A stretch of 64,000 bases of DNA, from the NCBI GenBank assembly GCA_963709995.1, contig CAVPYN010000017.1, positions 197,509 through 261,508 of the forward strand. The letters are read 5' to 3'. The stretch comes from an uncultured Chloroflexia bacterium (GTDB lineage Bacteria > Chloroflexota > Chloroflexia > Thermomicrobiales > CFX8). Numbering within the stretch: the stretch's first letter is position 1; every line of letters begins with the position of its first letter. This document shows positions 38,079 to 48,206 of this stretch, piece by piece. Both the position numbers and the translations under genes were made by a program. The notes under the pieces were generated by a model that was not told the origin of the DNA, made no database searches, and worked only from the letters and a program-made list of their open reading frames with translations.

Positions 38079-39149
38079 CTACTGGTAAATGACGACCACC
38101 GGCGGCGGGTTGAGCGTAAGCAGGGTCGCTGGATCAAGCAGTGGGTCGTCCTGATTGAAGAAGAGCTTGATGCCGCCATACTGGATCAACTCGTCGGTGA
38201 CGTAAAGCTGGTAGCCATTGAATTTGTTGTTGGGCTACCGAAGCCGTCCATGTCGACGACGACGTCAACACCTGGTTTTGGCACGATGACGTGCTTTTCG
38301 TAGATCATCTCTTCTTCGAACTGGTGGACAATCAGGATCTTGTTCGGGATATCGTTCTCGGCGACGATCTGCGACAACATGTCGATCGCCGTCTGCACCT
38401 GATAGCCGCTGATCTCACCGATCAACGATCCAGGCACTCGGTCGGGGCGCGGAATGTCGTTCGCTGTCGTGGCGAACTCCGGATCGAGCGCGACGTGGAC
38501 GTTCGGTAGCGCCAGCCAGTGACGAACACGATTGATCTCGTTTTCGATCGTGTTGTGGCCAATCTGAAGGTCAAGGATGACGATCATGTCGTTGGCGGTT
38601 GCGAAATCGACATATTCGCCGATCCACTCGTCACCGGTGTAGAGCAGGTAGGTTCCGTCGTCGCCGGGGTTCGGCTGGGCGACGGTCGCGATGAGTTCGA
38701 AGGCGAGTTTGTTCGGTGTGTGCGGGTCAACGGCCAGGAATTCGGCTTCGTGCTGTCGAACCCGGATCAAGCAACTCCTTCTTGCGCGCCAGCGCCGAGG
38801 ATGCCCATCGTTGGCGTGCTTGGATGACCGTAGTAGGAAATAATGCGGTGTCCCGGGAGCAGACTCTCGCTGCTTGGCGCCGGCGTAGGATCAATGACCG
38901 CCGTTGGCGGCGGTCGCTCGTCGAAGGGACTTCGCCTGGCGTTGTCTGCGCTTGCTGGACGGGGTCTGGGGTTGACGCGACTCCGGCACTTCCGGCGTCG
39001 CCGGGCGCCGTCGCCCCTGCAACCTCTTGCAAGACCGGCGTCGTCGCAGCTTGCTGATCGCCTGCTTCGATGCCGCCACCAGCATCAGCCTCATCGTCAC
39101 CGCCACGGCAGGCAGCAAACAACAAGGTGACTAGGAGCAATATTGACAA
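38079..39149 (-). pseudogene. secreted lipoprotein of unknown function, split by at least 3 frameshifts
   Basis: Lipobox signal MSILLLVTLLFAAC in ORF 38727..39149. A second frame reads VIDPTPAPSSESLLPGHRIISYYGHPSTPTMGILGAGA (about 38915-38795). ORF 38186..38770 follows (LIRVRQHEAEF...DLQIGH...ALDPEF...IVHQFEE...DMDGFG). The last frame reads NKFNGYQLYVTDELIQYGGIKLFFNQDDPLLDPATLLTLNPPPVVVIYQ*, with its stop at 38079-38081. Confidence 0.6.
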
Positions 39150-39309
39150 GACTCTGATATGTTGATCCTCGTACTCATTTCGCGAATCGTACCGAAACAG
39201 ATAACCAGGCGTACAATCACCGGCTTGTGATAACGGTCACTCTGGTAGACTGACCGACGGAAATTCCGGGATTTCGACAGGCAATTCGCGAGAAAGGGCC
39301 CACAATCCG

Positions 39310-39942
39310 TTGGAATTCTTGCACGACGCAACCGACTGGATGCTCAATTGGGCAGGTTCTCCGTGGGCCCCGTTTGCTCTGGTGCTCTTCGCCTTCTGGG
39401 AATCCAGCTTCTTTCCGATCCCCCCTGACCCGCTCCTGATTGCGATGGCCGTCGCCAGGCCGGAGTTCGGGTTGATCTACGCGGCGATGGCCACGGCTGC
39501 GTCGGTTGCTGGCGCGGCGTTGGGCTACTGGATCGGACGAAAGGGTGGCGCGCCGATCGTCGAGCGGCTTTTCAGACCGGATAAGATTCTCATGGCCCGC
39601 AGGCTCTTCCAACGCTACGACGTCTGGGCGGTCACGGCGGCGGCGTTCACCCCGATCCCGTTCAAGATCTTTACGATAACGGCCGGGGTCGCGGAACTCA
39701 ACTTCAAGCGCTTCATGATCGCGTCTCTGATCGGGCGCGGCAGCCGATTCTTCATCATCGGAGGATTGGTGACGATCTTCGGCGAGACGATTGAGAACTG
39801 GATCGATCAGTACTTTGAACTCTTCACCATCGGATTCCTCGTACTGCTCGTCCTCGGGTTCCTGACTATTCGCTATGTCGGCCACTACCTTGCCCGCCGC
39901 GAAGGCATCGACAAAATCACCGAGGCCCAGGCGATCGACTGA
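39310..39942 (+). CDS. DedA/YqaA family (VTT domain) membrane protein
   Basis: FWESSFFPIPPDPLLIAMA, FTPIPFK and RFFIIGGL. Confidence 0.75.
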   Translation: MEFLHDATDWMLNWAGSPWAPFALVLFAFWESSFFPIPPDPLLIAMAVARPEFGLIYAAMATAASVAGAALGYWIGRKGGAPIVERLFRPDKILMARRLFQRYDVWAVTAAAFTPIPFKIFTITAGVAELNFKRFMIASLIGRGSRFFIIGGLVTIFGETIENWIDQYFELFTIGFLVLLVLGFLTIRYVGHYLARREGIDKITEAQAID

Positions 39943-41138
39943 TGGCCGCTTCTGGCGACGGGACACGCTACGTCCACGCGGGTGAAGATGTCCACATCGA
40001 ACCCTCGGCAACGGCTCCGCTCGCGCCGCCGATCTTCCAGACGACCGTTTATCGCTACGACGACACGAGCCAGATCGACCGCATACACGCCGGGGAGGAC
40101 TCCGGCTATATCTACGGTCGATACGGTCTGCCCAATTCTCGCGCGCTCGAACAAGCACTTGCAGAGCTTGAAGGAGCCGCGGCGGGGCTGGCGACGACAA
40201 GCGCGACAAGCGGCATCCTGGCGACGCTTCTCGCCATGACCGAGTCGGGAAGCCGGCTAGTGGCCGGGCACAACACCTACGGCGGCACACGCGGCCTGCT
40301 CGACGCCGAACTTTCCCGGTTTGGCGTGGTCACGACCTACGTCGACCTCGGTGACCTCGATCAGGTCGCAAGCGCGCTGTCGACCGACCCCGCGCCCTGC
40401 CTTCTCTGGGCCGACACAATCTCGAATCCAACGCTGCTCACCAACGACATCCCGGCGCTTGCCAGCCTGTCAAATACAGCGAATCTGCCCTTGATCGTCG
40501 ACAACACATTCGCGACACCGTTGCACTTCAACCCGCTCAAACATGGCGCAACGCTGGTCATCCACTCTGGAACGAAGTTCATCGGCGGGCACAACGACGT
40601 CACCAGCGGCGCCGTGCTTGGTCCATCCAGCCTGATCGAGAGAATTCGGCGCACCGCTATCCTGACCGGCGCCGTCGTAACTCCGTTTGACGCCTGGCTC
40701 TCGCTGCGCGGCTTGCGCACCATGGAGCTTCGCCTTTCCCGGTCTTCCGCGACCGCGCTCGCCATCGCCGAAGCGCTCGACGGCGTGGATGGGGTCGAAC
40801 GGGTCTACTACCCTGGGCTCGCTAGCGATCCGCGTCATGCCGTCGCCCGGAGAATGCTCAAGAACGGCTATGGCAGCCTGATTTCGATCGACTTCGGCGA
40901 CGAAGCAACGGCCCGCGCGGTTGTTGACGGTCTGAAGCTCGTCCAGATCGCGGAGACCCTTGGCGGCCTGATGACGACCGCAGTCTTACCAGCGGTGAAC
41001 TACTATCGTCATCTCGACGCTGCCGGGCTTGCCAGCATCGGCGTGAGCCCCGGTCTGGTGCGCTTCTCGATCGGCATTGAATCACTGGATGATCTCATCG
41101 CGGACCTCCTGCAAGCGACGTCCCGGGTCGCGGCTTAG
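39942..41138 (+). CDS. Cys/Met-metabolism PLP-dependent enzyme (cystathionine gamma-synthase/lyase or methionine gamma-lyase family)
   Basis: DNTFATP and HSGTKFIGGHNDVTSGA (PLP lysine). The start is adjacent to the stop of the DedA gene. Confidence 0.85.
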   Translation: MAASGDGTRYVHAGEDVHIEPSATAPLAPPIFQTTVYRYDDTSQIDRIHAGEDSGYIYGRYGLPNSRALEQALAELEGAAAGLATTSATSGILATLLAMTESGSRLVAGHNTYGGTRGLLDAELSRFGVVTTYVDLGDLDQVASALSTDPAPCLLWADTISNPTLLTNDIPALASLSNTANLPLIVDNTFATPLHFNPLKHGATLVIHSGTKFIGGHNDVTSGAVLGPSSLIERIRRTAILTGAVVTPFDAWLSLRGLRTMELRLSRSSATALAIAEALDGVDGVERVYYPGLASDPRHAVARRMLKNGYGSLISIDFGDEATARAVVDGLKLVQIAETLGGLMTTAVLPAVNYYRHLDAAGLASIGVSPGLVRFSIGIESLDDLIADLLQATSRVAA

Positions 41139-41210
41139 ACTGCCTGTAGAAATCGCACGATCACTTATGCAGTTCGTAGGACTATTCCTGCTATCTATGA
41201 GTGCTATTCC

Positions 41211-41239
41211 TTGACACATATAGACTCATATGTTATTCT
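41211..41239 (+). promoter_or_regulatory. sigma-70-type promoter upstream of hsp20, overlapped by an inverted repeat
   Basis: TTGACA (41211-41216), a 17-nt spacer, TATTCT (41234-41239), inside the only clearly AT-rich intergenic stretch. The spacer carries ACATAT-N6-ATATGT. Confidence 0.5.
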
Positions 41240-41341
41240 CAACGCGTAAGAGAGTATGAGCCGTTCCGGTGGCAAGGTTCGAGCCGCGACACCGCACCGG
41301 CGAGAGGCAAAAGATAGTTACTATCGACTGGAGGGACATTT

Positions 41342-41827
41342 ATGGTTGTTCGACGGGTCAGCCCGATGACCGATTTCGCGTATCTCTTTGATCAGATGGA
41401 TCGAATGGCCCAGGAAGCGATCGCAGGCAGCGCTCGCGCCCGTGTGGCGACGCTCCCGGTTGATGTTTTCGACAAGGGCGAGGAACTTATCGTTCAGGCA
41501 TTCGTCCCGGGCATCCACGCCGATTCGCTCGACATCACGGTCGATGACGGCGTTCTGACGATCGCTGGCACCTTCCCGGATCTCTATTCGAGTGACGAGT
41601 CCGGAAACTGGTCCTGGTACACCAGGGAATTGCGGAGCGGGTCATTCCAGCGCAGCTTCAACCTGCCCTACAAGATTGATCTGGAAAGCGTCTCCGCCTC
41701 GGTTGAAGACGGCATTCTGAAGCTCACGATGCCGAAAGCGCCCGAAGCGAAGCCACGACGCATCCAGGTCGGCGGCGGCACGACCGAAGTGCATCAGGTC
41801 GAAGCCAGCACGACCAGCGACAACTAG
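41342..41827 (+). CDS. Hsp20/alpha-crystallin family small heat-shock protein
   Basis: Alpha-crystallin domain (PVDVFDKGEELIVQAFVPG...F.RSF.LP...V.ASVEDGILKLTMPK). GGAGGG RBS. Confidence 0.9.
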   Translation: MVVRRVSPMTDFAYLFDQMDRMAQEAIAGSARARVATLPVDVFDKGEELIVQAFVPGIHADSLDITVDDGVLTIAGTFPDLYSSDESGNWSWYTRELRSGSFQRSFNLPYKIDLESVSASVEDGILKLTMPKAPEAKPRRIQVGGGTTEVHQVEASTTSDN

Positions 41828-41845
41828 TTTCACCCATCACGAACT

Positions 41846-41881
41846 CAGAGAGCCAGGCGGGGATCCCCGCCTGGCTCTCTG
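41846..41881. terminator. 17-bp perfect palindrome between convergent hsp20 and protease genes
   Basis: CAGAGAGCCAGGCGGGG-AT-CCCCGCCTGGCTCTCTG. Confidence 0.6.
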
Positions 41882-41902
41882 TCTCATAATCCCAAAACGT
41901 CC

Positions 41903-44320
41903 TTACGAAGCCAACGCGTAGATCTCAAGATTCCGGAACTGGAACGTGGAACTTGAGGCTCCTTCGGTAGCATCCAGGTTGAGCGTCAGCATTCCCACCT
42001 GGCCGCTTCCGGGGCCGATGTCGTGAGTGATCGAGCCGGCTATTTCTCCATTGACTTCAAGCCAGAACTTCTGGCCTTTTGCGACGACTCCGATCTGATG
42101 CCAGTCCGAGGCCAGCGGATATGGTTCGAGCGCTTCGGCACCCGCGATTTCAGTTGTTCCAGCGACCGTCTCGTAGACGACCGCGACGCCTACCACACTG
42201 GGACCCTCGTAGACGAGACAGAACCAGTAGCCGAAGTCGTTGTAGAGCGGATTGGCCTCGTTCGGATCAGCACGAAAGAGAAGGCAGGCCGCCCCGGCGC
42301 CAGATGTCTGAGTCGCGCGCGCTTCGAGCGAGTAGTAAGCATCTCCGAATGTGCCTTCGGCAAGCACCTGCAGGAATCCACCTGGCGGGTCCGTCACCTG
42401 ATACACGCCGTCCACCGGACCGCCCACATCGCCATTCGTCGTTTCTAGTTCTGGCCACATCGAAAAGTCGGCTCGCCCAAGCAGCTCGCCAATCGCCGGC
42501 GGAGGATCGGCCGGACCGCCGCCGTTGCCTGAATCTTCGGATGGAATAAGCTCGTAGCGCCACTGATGATAGTGGACGCCAACATTACCGGCTTCAACCA
42601 GGAAGCCCTCGGGATTGCCCGGCGTGTAGGTCAACACTCTCCGCTCGAACGCCTGCGCCAGCACGACTCGCTCGGTGCCGCCGACCTTCACCGTTGCCCA
42701 ATACGCCTCGGTGATCGGGTATCCTGTCGCGAAAAAGGGATTGGTGAAGAGCTGGTCCTGGACGTACTGACCGTTCTGCCAAACAGTCCCGGACGAGTTC
42801 ATGAACTGCCAGAAGACCGAGGCCACCCGGTGCTGGGTCTCGGGCACATAGTGGTCGGCAGTCACACCGTAGGTCGCCAGCGATTGATCGTTGCCGACAT
42901 TGCCAGCGCGGTCCACAGTTGATGTGATCAGTGCCGGCCCGCCCTCCAGTTCGGAGGAGAGCGCCGGGGCGCCGCCATGGGGCGGCAAAGAACGTAACCC
43001 GGCAAAGGTGACGTAGGTTGGGCCGTTCGGATCGTCGCCGTCGCCAGCGACGTTTATCTCTGCCGGATTGTGCTGCTCGAATAGATCGTTGCCGAGTTGC
43101 AGTTCTCCGGTCATCATCTCCACGGTGGCGAGGCCGTTGGTGACGTACCAGTTCGAGTTGGCGTCGCTGCTTGGATCGGTGATCTCCATTCGCGATTTTT
43201 CCTGGTAGAGCACGGCACGAAAGCCATTCGGCGCTTCGGCGTAGGGTTCGAGCATTACTTTGGTAATCGGTTGCGGCCCCCACATCCAGGTGCGTGGCTC
43301 AACCTGCTGGGCTACCGGCTGGTCAGTGCGTTGCCAGACGCGATCGTATGCGCCCTCGTCACCGGGGATGTCCGTTAGAAAGTGATTGAGCTGGCAGTCG
43401 AACTCCAGGCAAGCGCCGAGGAGGTCGTAGATCAGCGGCAAATCGATTCGAACGGTGAAGTTGTAGTTTTGATTCTCCCATGATTCGACCCCAACAACGG
43501 CCAGGTCACTCGCTCTCCACACTGCGGATCCGCTCTGACCCTGGAACGAATCGATTTCATGAACCAGCCAGTCATCATCGACATCGACAAATGCTGGTTC
43601 ACTGCCGATCCACTGTGTAAATCGGGTCTTGTCTCCCGGGTAGCCGCTCGTTGTCGGATTGAAGCTCGCGGACTGCAACTCACTCGTCGTCAGGACGCCG
43701 ATGGTCAGACTACCGACAACTTCCTCCACGCTTGTATCTGAAACAGTGATCAACGCGTAATCCCAGGGAGAGTTCACCGCGTCGTTCTCCACGTACTCAT
43801 CCGGAAACCAGATTGTTTCTGGCACAAGCACTCCAAAGGGCGCGGAATCCCCGTTCATCCCTGGAATGATTTCAACCTCATCGATCCAACCGCCAAATCG
43901 CTCAACGCTCCAGACGCAGTGCGCTGCCGTCAACAACACATCCGGCCCGACGAACGTGGCCGTGCATCCGGAGGCGAATCCCGGCTCCAGGCTCGCGTCA
44001 TAGCCAATAATCTGGGCGACCGCGGAATACGGGTATATGGTGGTGTCGCTCACCTGAATCCGACTATCCGGCCCGATGACGATCTGGGGATGCCTCTCCT
44101 CATCATCTACGTGTTGCAATGTCGTTCGATCGTGATGTGAAACCGCGTCGGCGCCAAAATGCTTGACGTTCAAGGGTGGTGATTCCAGGCCCTCGAACCG
44201 GAACTCACTCAGGTCGGGAGCCTTTTGCGACCCGCTCTCCGCGCCAACCGTTCCCGCGCTCGCGACCAGCGTCACGATCAACGCAAACGCCAGCACTACC
44301 CGCACCCCTCGCACACCCAT
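41903..44320 (-). CDS. secreted trypsin-like (S1, Glu-endopeptidase-like) serine protease with large C-terminal extensions
   Basis: Signal peptide, a catalytic His context (LLTAAHCVW) and a Ser context (GQSGSAVW). The C-terminal ~200 aa look like a ConA/LamG-type beta-sandwich (inference). Confidence 0.8.
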   Translation of the reverse strand: MGVRGVRVVLAFALIVTLVASAGTVGAESGSQKAPDLSEFRFEGLESPPLNVKHFGADAVSHHDRTTLQHVDDEERHPQIVIGPDSRIQVSDTTIYPYSAVAQIIGYDASLEPGFASGCTATFVGPDVLLTAAHCVWSVERFGGWIDEVEIIPGMNGDSAPFGVLVPETIWFPDEYVENDAVNSPWDYALITVSDTSVEEVVGSLTIGVLTTSELQSASFNPTTSGYPGDKTRFTQWIGSEPAFVDVDDDWLVHEIDSFQGQSGSAVWRASDLAVVGVESWENQNYNFTVRIDLPLIYDLLGACLEFDCQLNHFLTDIPGDEGAYDRVWQRTDQPVAQQVEPRTWMWGPQPITKVMLEPYAEAPNGFRAVLYQEKSRMEITDPSSDANSNWYVTNGLATVEMMTGELQLGNDLFEQHNPAEINVAGDGDDPNGPTYVTFAGLRSLPPHGGAPALSSELEGGPALITSTVDRAGNVGNDQSLATYGVTADHYVPETQHRVASVFWQFMNSSGTVWQNGQYVQDQLFTNPFFATGYPITEAYWATVKVGGTERVVLAQAFERRVLTYTPGNPEGFLVEAGNVGVHYHQWRYELIPSEDSGNGGGPADPPPAIGELLGRADFSMWPELETTNGDVGGPVDGVYQVTDPPGGFLQVLAEGTFGDAYYSLEARATQTSGAGAACLLFRADPNEANPLYNDFGYWFCLVYEGPSVVGVAVVYETVAGTTEIAGAEALEPYPLASDWHQIGVVAKGQKFWLEVNGEIAGSITHDIGPGSGQVGMLTLNLDATEGASSSTFQFRNLEIYALAS

Positions 44321-44553
44321 ACTGCACCCCCAGGTTGTGAGACGATTCGATCTCTACCAACGTTACGCCATCATACCCGTGCCGGATGCTCCGATGGTCG
44401 ACAGCGCGGGAATATTGGGGACAGATGTACCGCTCTCTCTCCAAAGCCCGTACTTCGATCCGTTCGCCATTTGAGGCAGTCCAAGCGCCCGGCAATGCTA
44501 GGATGCCGCTGATTTGCGAGATCGAGTCGAGTTCAACACGAGGAGAGAAACAG

Positions 44554-45954
44554 ATGGCTGAAAACGATCTGCTCGCCATGGAGAAGGAGATCCTGGCGAC
44601 AATCTGGACCTCCGACGAAGCGTACGAGACGCTGCGGATACTTTGCGACGATATCGGACACCGCTTCGGTGGTTCCGAGTCAGAACGCAAGGGCGCGGAG
44701 TTCCTCAAACAAAAAATGGAGGAATACGGTCTCGAGAACGTCCACATCGAAGAGTTCCCAATGGCGACCTGGGAACGAGGCGCAGCCGAACTCACGTTGC
44801 TGGAACCGGTCGAGCGCGAGTTTTCCTGCATATCCCTGCCCTATTGCCCGGCCGCCGATCTGACCGCCGAACTGCTCGACGTTGGCGATGGCGAGGAAGA
44901 TGATTTCGAGCGGCTTGGCGATCAGGTCAAAGGCAAGATCGTCATTTCTGCCGCCGAGACGAATCGCCCCGGCGAGCGGGGCAGCCACCGGACAGACAAA
45001 TACCGCTGGGCGCTGGAACACGGCGCGGCCGGATACATCTATGTGAATCAAAACCCTGGGCTGCTCCATATCACGGGCTCGCTTCGCGGGCGCAACCCGC
45101 AAGGCAACACCGCACACGACCATGAAGCGCCGATTCCGGCAATAGGCGTCTCAAAAGAGTCGGGCTCGATGATTCTCCGCTTGATGGAGCGCGGTCCAGC
45201 GAAGGTCCACATGAAGCTCGAGAACGAGACGATCATGTCGACCAGCCGCAACGTCATCGGCGAGATCACTGGCTCAGAGTATCCGGAGGAGGTAATCCTG
45301 CTCGGGGGCCACTTCGACGGCCACGACATCTCCCAGGGCGCCGGAGACGACGGCGCGGGAACGATCACCGGACTGGAAGTTGGCCGTGCGCTGGCTCAGT
45401 TCAAGGGTCAGCTGAAGCGCACGGTGCGCGTCATCTGCTTCGGTTCGGAAGAACTCGGGCTCAACGGTGCGTGGCATCACGCGGACGAGACGAACCCAGA
45501 TAGCTACCGCTTCGTGATGAACCTCGATGGGGCAGGACGCGGCCAGGGCGGGCAGGAGCGCCTGGTCCTTTCCGGTTGGCCGGAGCTTGTCGAGTATTTT
45601 TCAGCATGGTCCGACGAACACCACTACGATTTCATCATCCAGGATCAGCTCAACTCCCATTCCGATCACTATCCGTTCGCCGTTCGTGGCATACCGAACG
45701 GAACGCTCAACTCGCTGGACGCGACCGCTGGCATGATCGGCCGGGGTTACGGCCATACCGAGGCGGACACCTTCGACAAGATCCACCCCCGCGGTCTCCA
45801 GATGTCCGCCGCGCTGGTCGCCCGTCTTGCGCTGGCGATGTCCCAGGACGACGACTTCCCGGCCCATCGCCGCACGGTCGAAGAGACCCGCGATCAACTC
45901 GAAGAGGCTGGACTCCTGGCCCGCCTCGACGAAGCCGGCCGCACCGTCGGATAG
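44554..45954 (+). CDS. M28 family metallopeptidase
   Basis: Start at ATG 44554 (AGGAGA 7 nt upstream), sequence MAENDLLAMEKEIL.... Motifs: GGHFDGHD, GAGDDGAG, FGSEELGL and SDHYPF. Confidence 0.8.
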   Translation: MAENDLLAMEKEILATIWTSDEAYETLRILCDDIGHRFGGSESERKGAEFLKQKMEEYGLENVHIEEFPMATWERGAAELTLLEPVEREFSCISLPYCPAADLTAELLDVGDGEEDDFERLGDQVKGKIVISAAETNRPGERGSHRTDKYRWALEHGAAGYIYVNQNPGLLHITGSLRGRNPQGNTAHDHEAPIPAIGVSKESGSMILRLMERGPAKVHMKLENETIMSTSRNVIGEITGSEYPEEVILLGGHFDGHDISQGAGDDGAGTITGLEVGRALAQFKGQLKRTVRVICFGSEELGLNGAWHHADETNPDSYRFVMNLDGAGRGQGGQERLVLSGWPELVEYFSAWSDEHHYDFIIQDQLNSHSDHYPFAVRGIPNGTLNSLDATAGMIGRGYGHTEADTFDKIHPRGLQMSAALVARLALAMSQDDDFPAHRRTVEETRDQLEEAGLLARLDEAGRTVG

Positions 45955-45971
45955 AAGTCAGAGGAATAGTC

Positions 45972-46038
45972 GTGGGGAGGTTGTAGTTTGTAGGTAGAGA
46001 CTGGTCTGTCTACCGCCTACTCACCACAACCTCCCCAC
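45972..46038. terminator. long composite hairpin between convergent genes
   Basis: Outer 13-bp stem GTGGGGAGGTTGT ... ACAACCTCCCCAC enclosing inner pairings GTAGG/CCTAC and GGTAGA/TCTACC. Confidence 0.5.
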
Positions 46039-46079
46039 TCCTCGACTGTTCCCTGTTACCTCTTCCCTGGTCCCTTCCC

Positions 46080-47891
46080 CTACTGAGCTTCCCGCCACAT
46101 CTCGTGGAAGTTGTAGGAAGCAATGTAGATGCCGTTAGGCGTGAAGCCCATGATGTCGCTGGAGAGCATCGTTGACCGGGTGATCTGGGCATAGAAGACT
46201 GCGGCAGGGTCGTCACGGATCATGATCTGCAGGATCTGGCTCGTCAGATCAACCAACTCCTGCTCCGTCTCGGCGTCCCGCGCCTGGTCGAGCAGGTCGC
46301 CAACCTCTTGGTTGCCGTAGAACATCGAGTTCGAGCCATTGCTGCCGGCCGAATCCGGATGGAAATTCGGGAAAAGCTGGTTGTAGGAGTCGTTGTAATC
46401 TGGCCACCAGCCGCTCGACATCATGTGTGGGCGTTCTTCCGGCGGTGAATCACCGTAGGCCATGTCGATCAAAGCAGAGCGATCAACTCTGGTGATCGTC
46501 AGGTTGACATCGATCTCGGCCAGGCTCGCCTGGAAGAGTTGGGCGACGGCGTCATCATCGGCATTGCCCTCGGCCAAGATGTACTCGAGGTCTTCGCCGT
46601 CGTAACCAGCCGCGGTAAAGAGTTCTTGCGCCTTTTCGAGATCGGTATCGAAGAGTTCGATCGTCGGGTCAAAGCCAACGACCGTATCGGCAATCGGTCC
46701 CTGCTTCTTGGCAAGCCCCTGGAGCACCTGGTCGATGACGTCGTCGTACGGGAACGCCCAGCACAGCGCCTCGCGCATGTCCCGGTTGAGACGAGCGTAA
46801 TTGAGGCGAATCCAGCTGCACTGTGTCGTGTCATACGACACCACATTGACGTTCGGGTCCGAACGCAACGCAATGATGTCGTCGGCCGGCAACACCGCTA
46901 CCGCGTCGACCTCACCCGCTTCCAGCAACTGACGCCGGGTAACGCCTTCCTGTACGACGCGCGCGATGATCTCGTCAAAGAAGTGTTCCGGGCCGTTGTA
47001 GTCTGGGAAGCGCTCGAAACGGAAGCGTTCCTGCGCTTCGATCTCGATCGGAATATACGGTCCAGTGCCCACCATGTTCTGGCTAAACCATTCGTGTGCC
47101 CACTCGTCTTCGGCGGTCTTGTTCTCTTCAACAGCCGCCGGCGAGACGATCAACGGCCCATACTCCGAGGCCATGGCCGCAAGGAAGAGAGGCTCGGGCT
47201 TGTTCATGATGAACTTGATCGTCACGTCATCGACGGCCACCATCTGGTCAGCAGGGTCATCGATGAAACGGGCGATGACATCGACTGGTCCCCGGCCCAT
47301 CTGGTGAAAGCGGGTCAGCGAGTCCTTGACCGCCTGAGCGTCACAGGGCGTGCCATCATGGAACACAACGCCTTCCCTGAGCGTGAACGTGAACTCGGTG
47401 AGATCCTCGTTCGACTCCCATGAATCGGCAAGCATCGGCTCATATTCAAATGTCGAAGACCCCTTGAGTCGCAGTAGCATCTCATATACGGCCAGGAACA
47501 TACTCGATGCCTGGTTGTCGTAGGCGGACTGGGGATCGACATCCGGGACGCCGCCGGTGAAGGCCATGACAAAAGTTCGATTGTCCGACATATTGCGTTC
47601 GTCGCCGGTCGTGGGCGTCGGTTCATCCGAGGCGGTCGTGGCGGTCGCGCGGCCAACCGGGACAGCCGTGTTCGTCGCTGTCGGCTCGGCTCCCGCTGAA
47701 TCCCCACTTGTGGCATCTGCGTCGTCATCGTCGTCGTCATCGCCGCCACAAGCAGCGAGGAGACTGACAATGAGTGAACTGGACAGGCCCAACGCAAGAC
47801 CCCGTCGCAGGACGTCGCGGCGTGACAATCGACCCGCGCGCACCTGCGACAGCAGGTTAAGAAAATCCCGGCTATTTTCTCCGGTTGACAT
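46080..47891 (-). CDS. ABC transporter substrate-binding lipoprotein, family 5 (peptide/nickel type)
   Basis: Tat-like RRDVLRRGLALG, lipobox LLAACGG, a poly-Asp linker, then the SBP_bac_5 fold. Confidence 0.85.
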   Translation of the reverse strand: MSTGENSRDFLNLLSQVRAGRLSRRDVLRRGLALGLSSSLIVSLLAACGGDDDDDDDADATSGDSAGAEPTATNTAVPVGRATATTASDEPTPTTGDERNMSDNRTFVMAFTGGVPDVDPQSAYDNQASSMFLAVYEMLLRLKGSSTFEYEPMLADSWESNEDLTEFTFTLREGVVFHDGTPCDAQAVKDSLTRFHQMGRGPVDVIARFIDDPADQMVAVDDVTIKFIMNKPEPLFLAAMASEYGPLIVSPAAVEENKTAEDEWAHEWFSQNMVGTGPYIPIEIEAQERFRFERFPDYNGPEHFFDEIIARVVQEGVTRRQLLEAGEVDAVAVLPADDIIALRSDPNVNVVSYDTTQCSWIRLNYARLNRDMREALCWAFPYDDVIDQVLQGLAKKQGPIADTVVGFDPTIELFDTDLEKAQELFTAAGYDGEDLEYILAEGNADDDAVAQLFQASLAEIDVNLTITRVDRSALIDMAYGDSPPEERPHMMSSGWWPDYNDSYNQLFPNFHPDSAGSNGSNSMFYGNQEVGDLLDQARDAETEQELVDLTSQILQIMIRDDPAAVFYAQITRSTMLSSDIMGFTPNGIYIASYNFHEMWREAQ

Positions 47892-48206
47892 TCACTATTC
47901 TCCTTCTACCCTCGGAAATACAACCACCCTCGGAAACACACCGCATCACGCCTGAGAACCCGCACCTCCCTACTTCACCCACCTTGCGCCGGTGCGTCCG
48001 ATCACAAGCTGTGTGCGTACCTCATATTAAGGGGCCACCCAGGCAGAACGAACACCGCCAACGCTGCTAGCGTAAGGTCATGCGGAATCTAGCACATGGT
48101 AGCGGAGGAAGGGGCAGCCTGGAGACAAGGTCGACTCGTCGCCCGGCTTGCAGACGGGCAAGTCAAAATGAGTGGGGTTTGTAGATTTCATTCTAAGGAG
48201 GATCCT

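Noticed and set aside
37667-38092. 141-aa and 85-aa plus-strand ORFs (37667..38092 and 37693..37950) and the 68-aa minus-strand ORF 37621..37827
   Set aside because: None has an RBS, a recognisable motif or a convincing composition. I kept the region only as an unresolved finding.
39217-40290. 357-aa minus-strand ORF
   Set aside because: It is antisense to the DedA/YqaA and PLP-enzyme genes. Extreme Arg/Ser/Pro composition marks it as a shadow ORF.
41199-41206. GAGTGCTA, a half-site of the CIRCE (HrcA) operator
   Set aside because: The required upstream partner TTAGCACTC at a 9-nt spacing is absent, so CIRCE cannot be claimed.
47721-47741. GAT/GAC triplet repeat (a similar one lies at 48374-48394)
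   Set aside because: It encodes the poly-Asp tether of the two SBP lipoproteins. It is low-complexity coding sequence, not a non-coding tandem repeat or CRISPR-like element.
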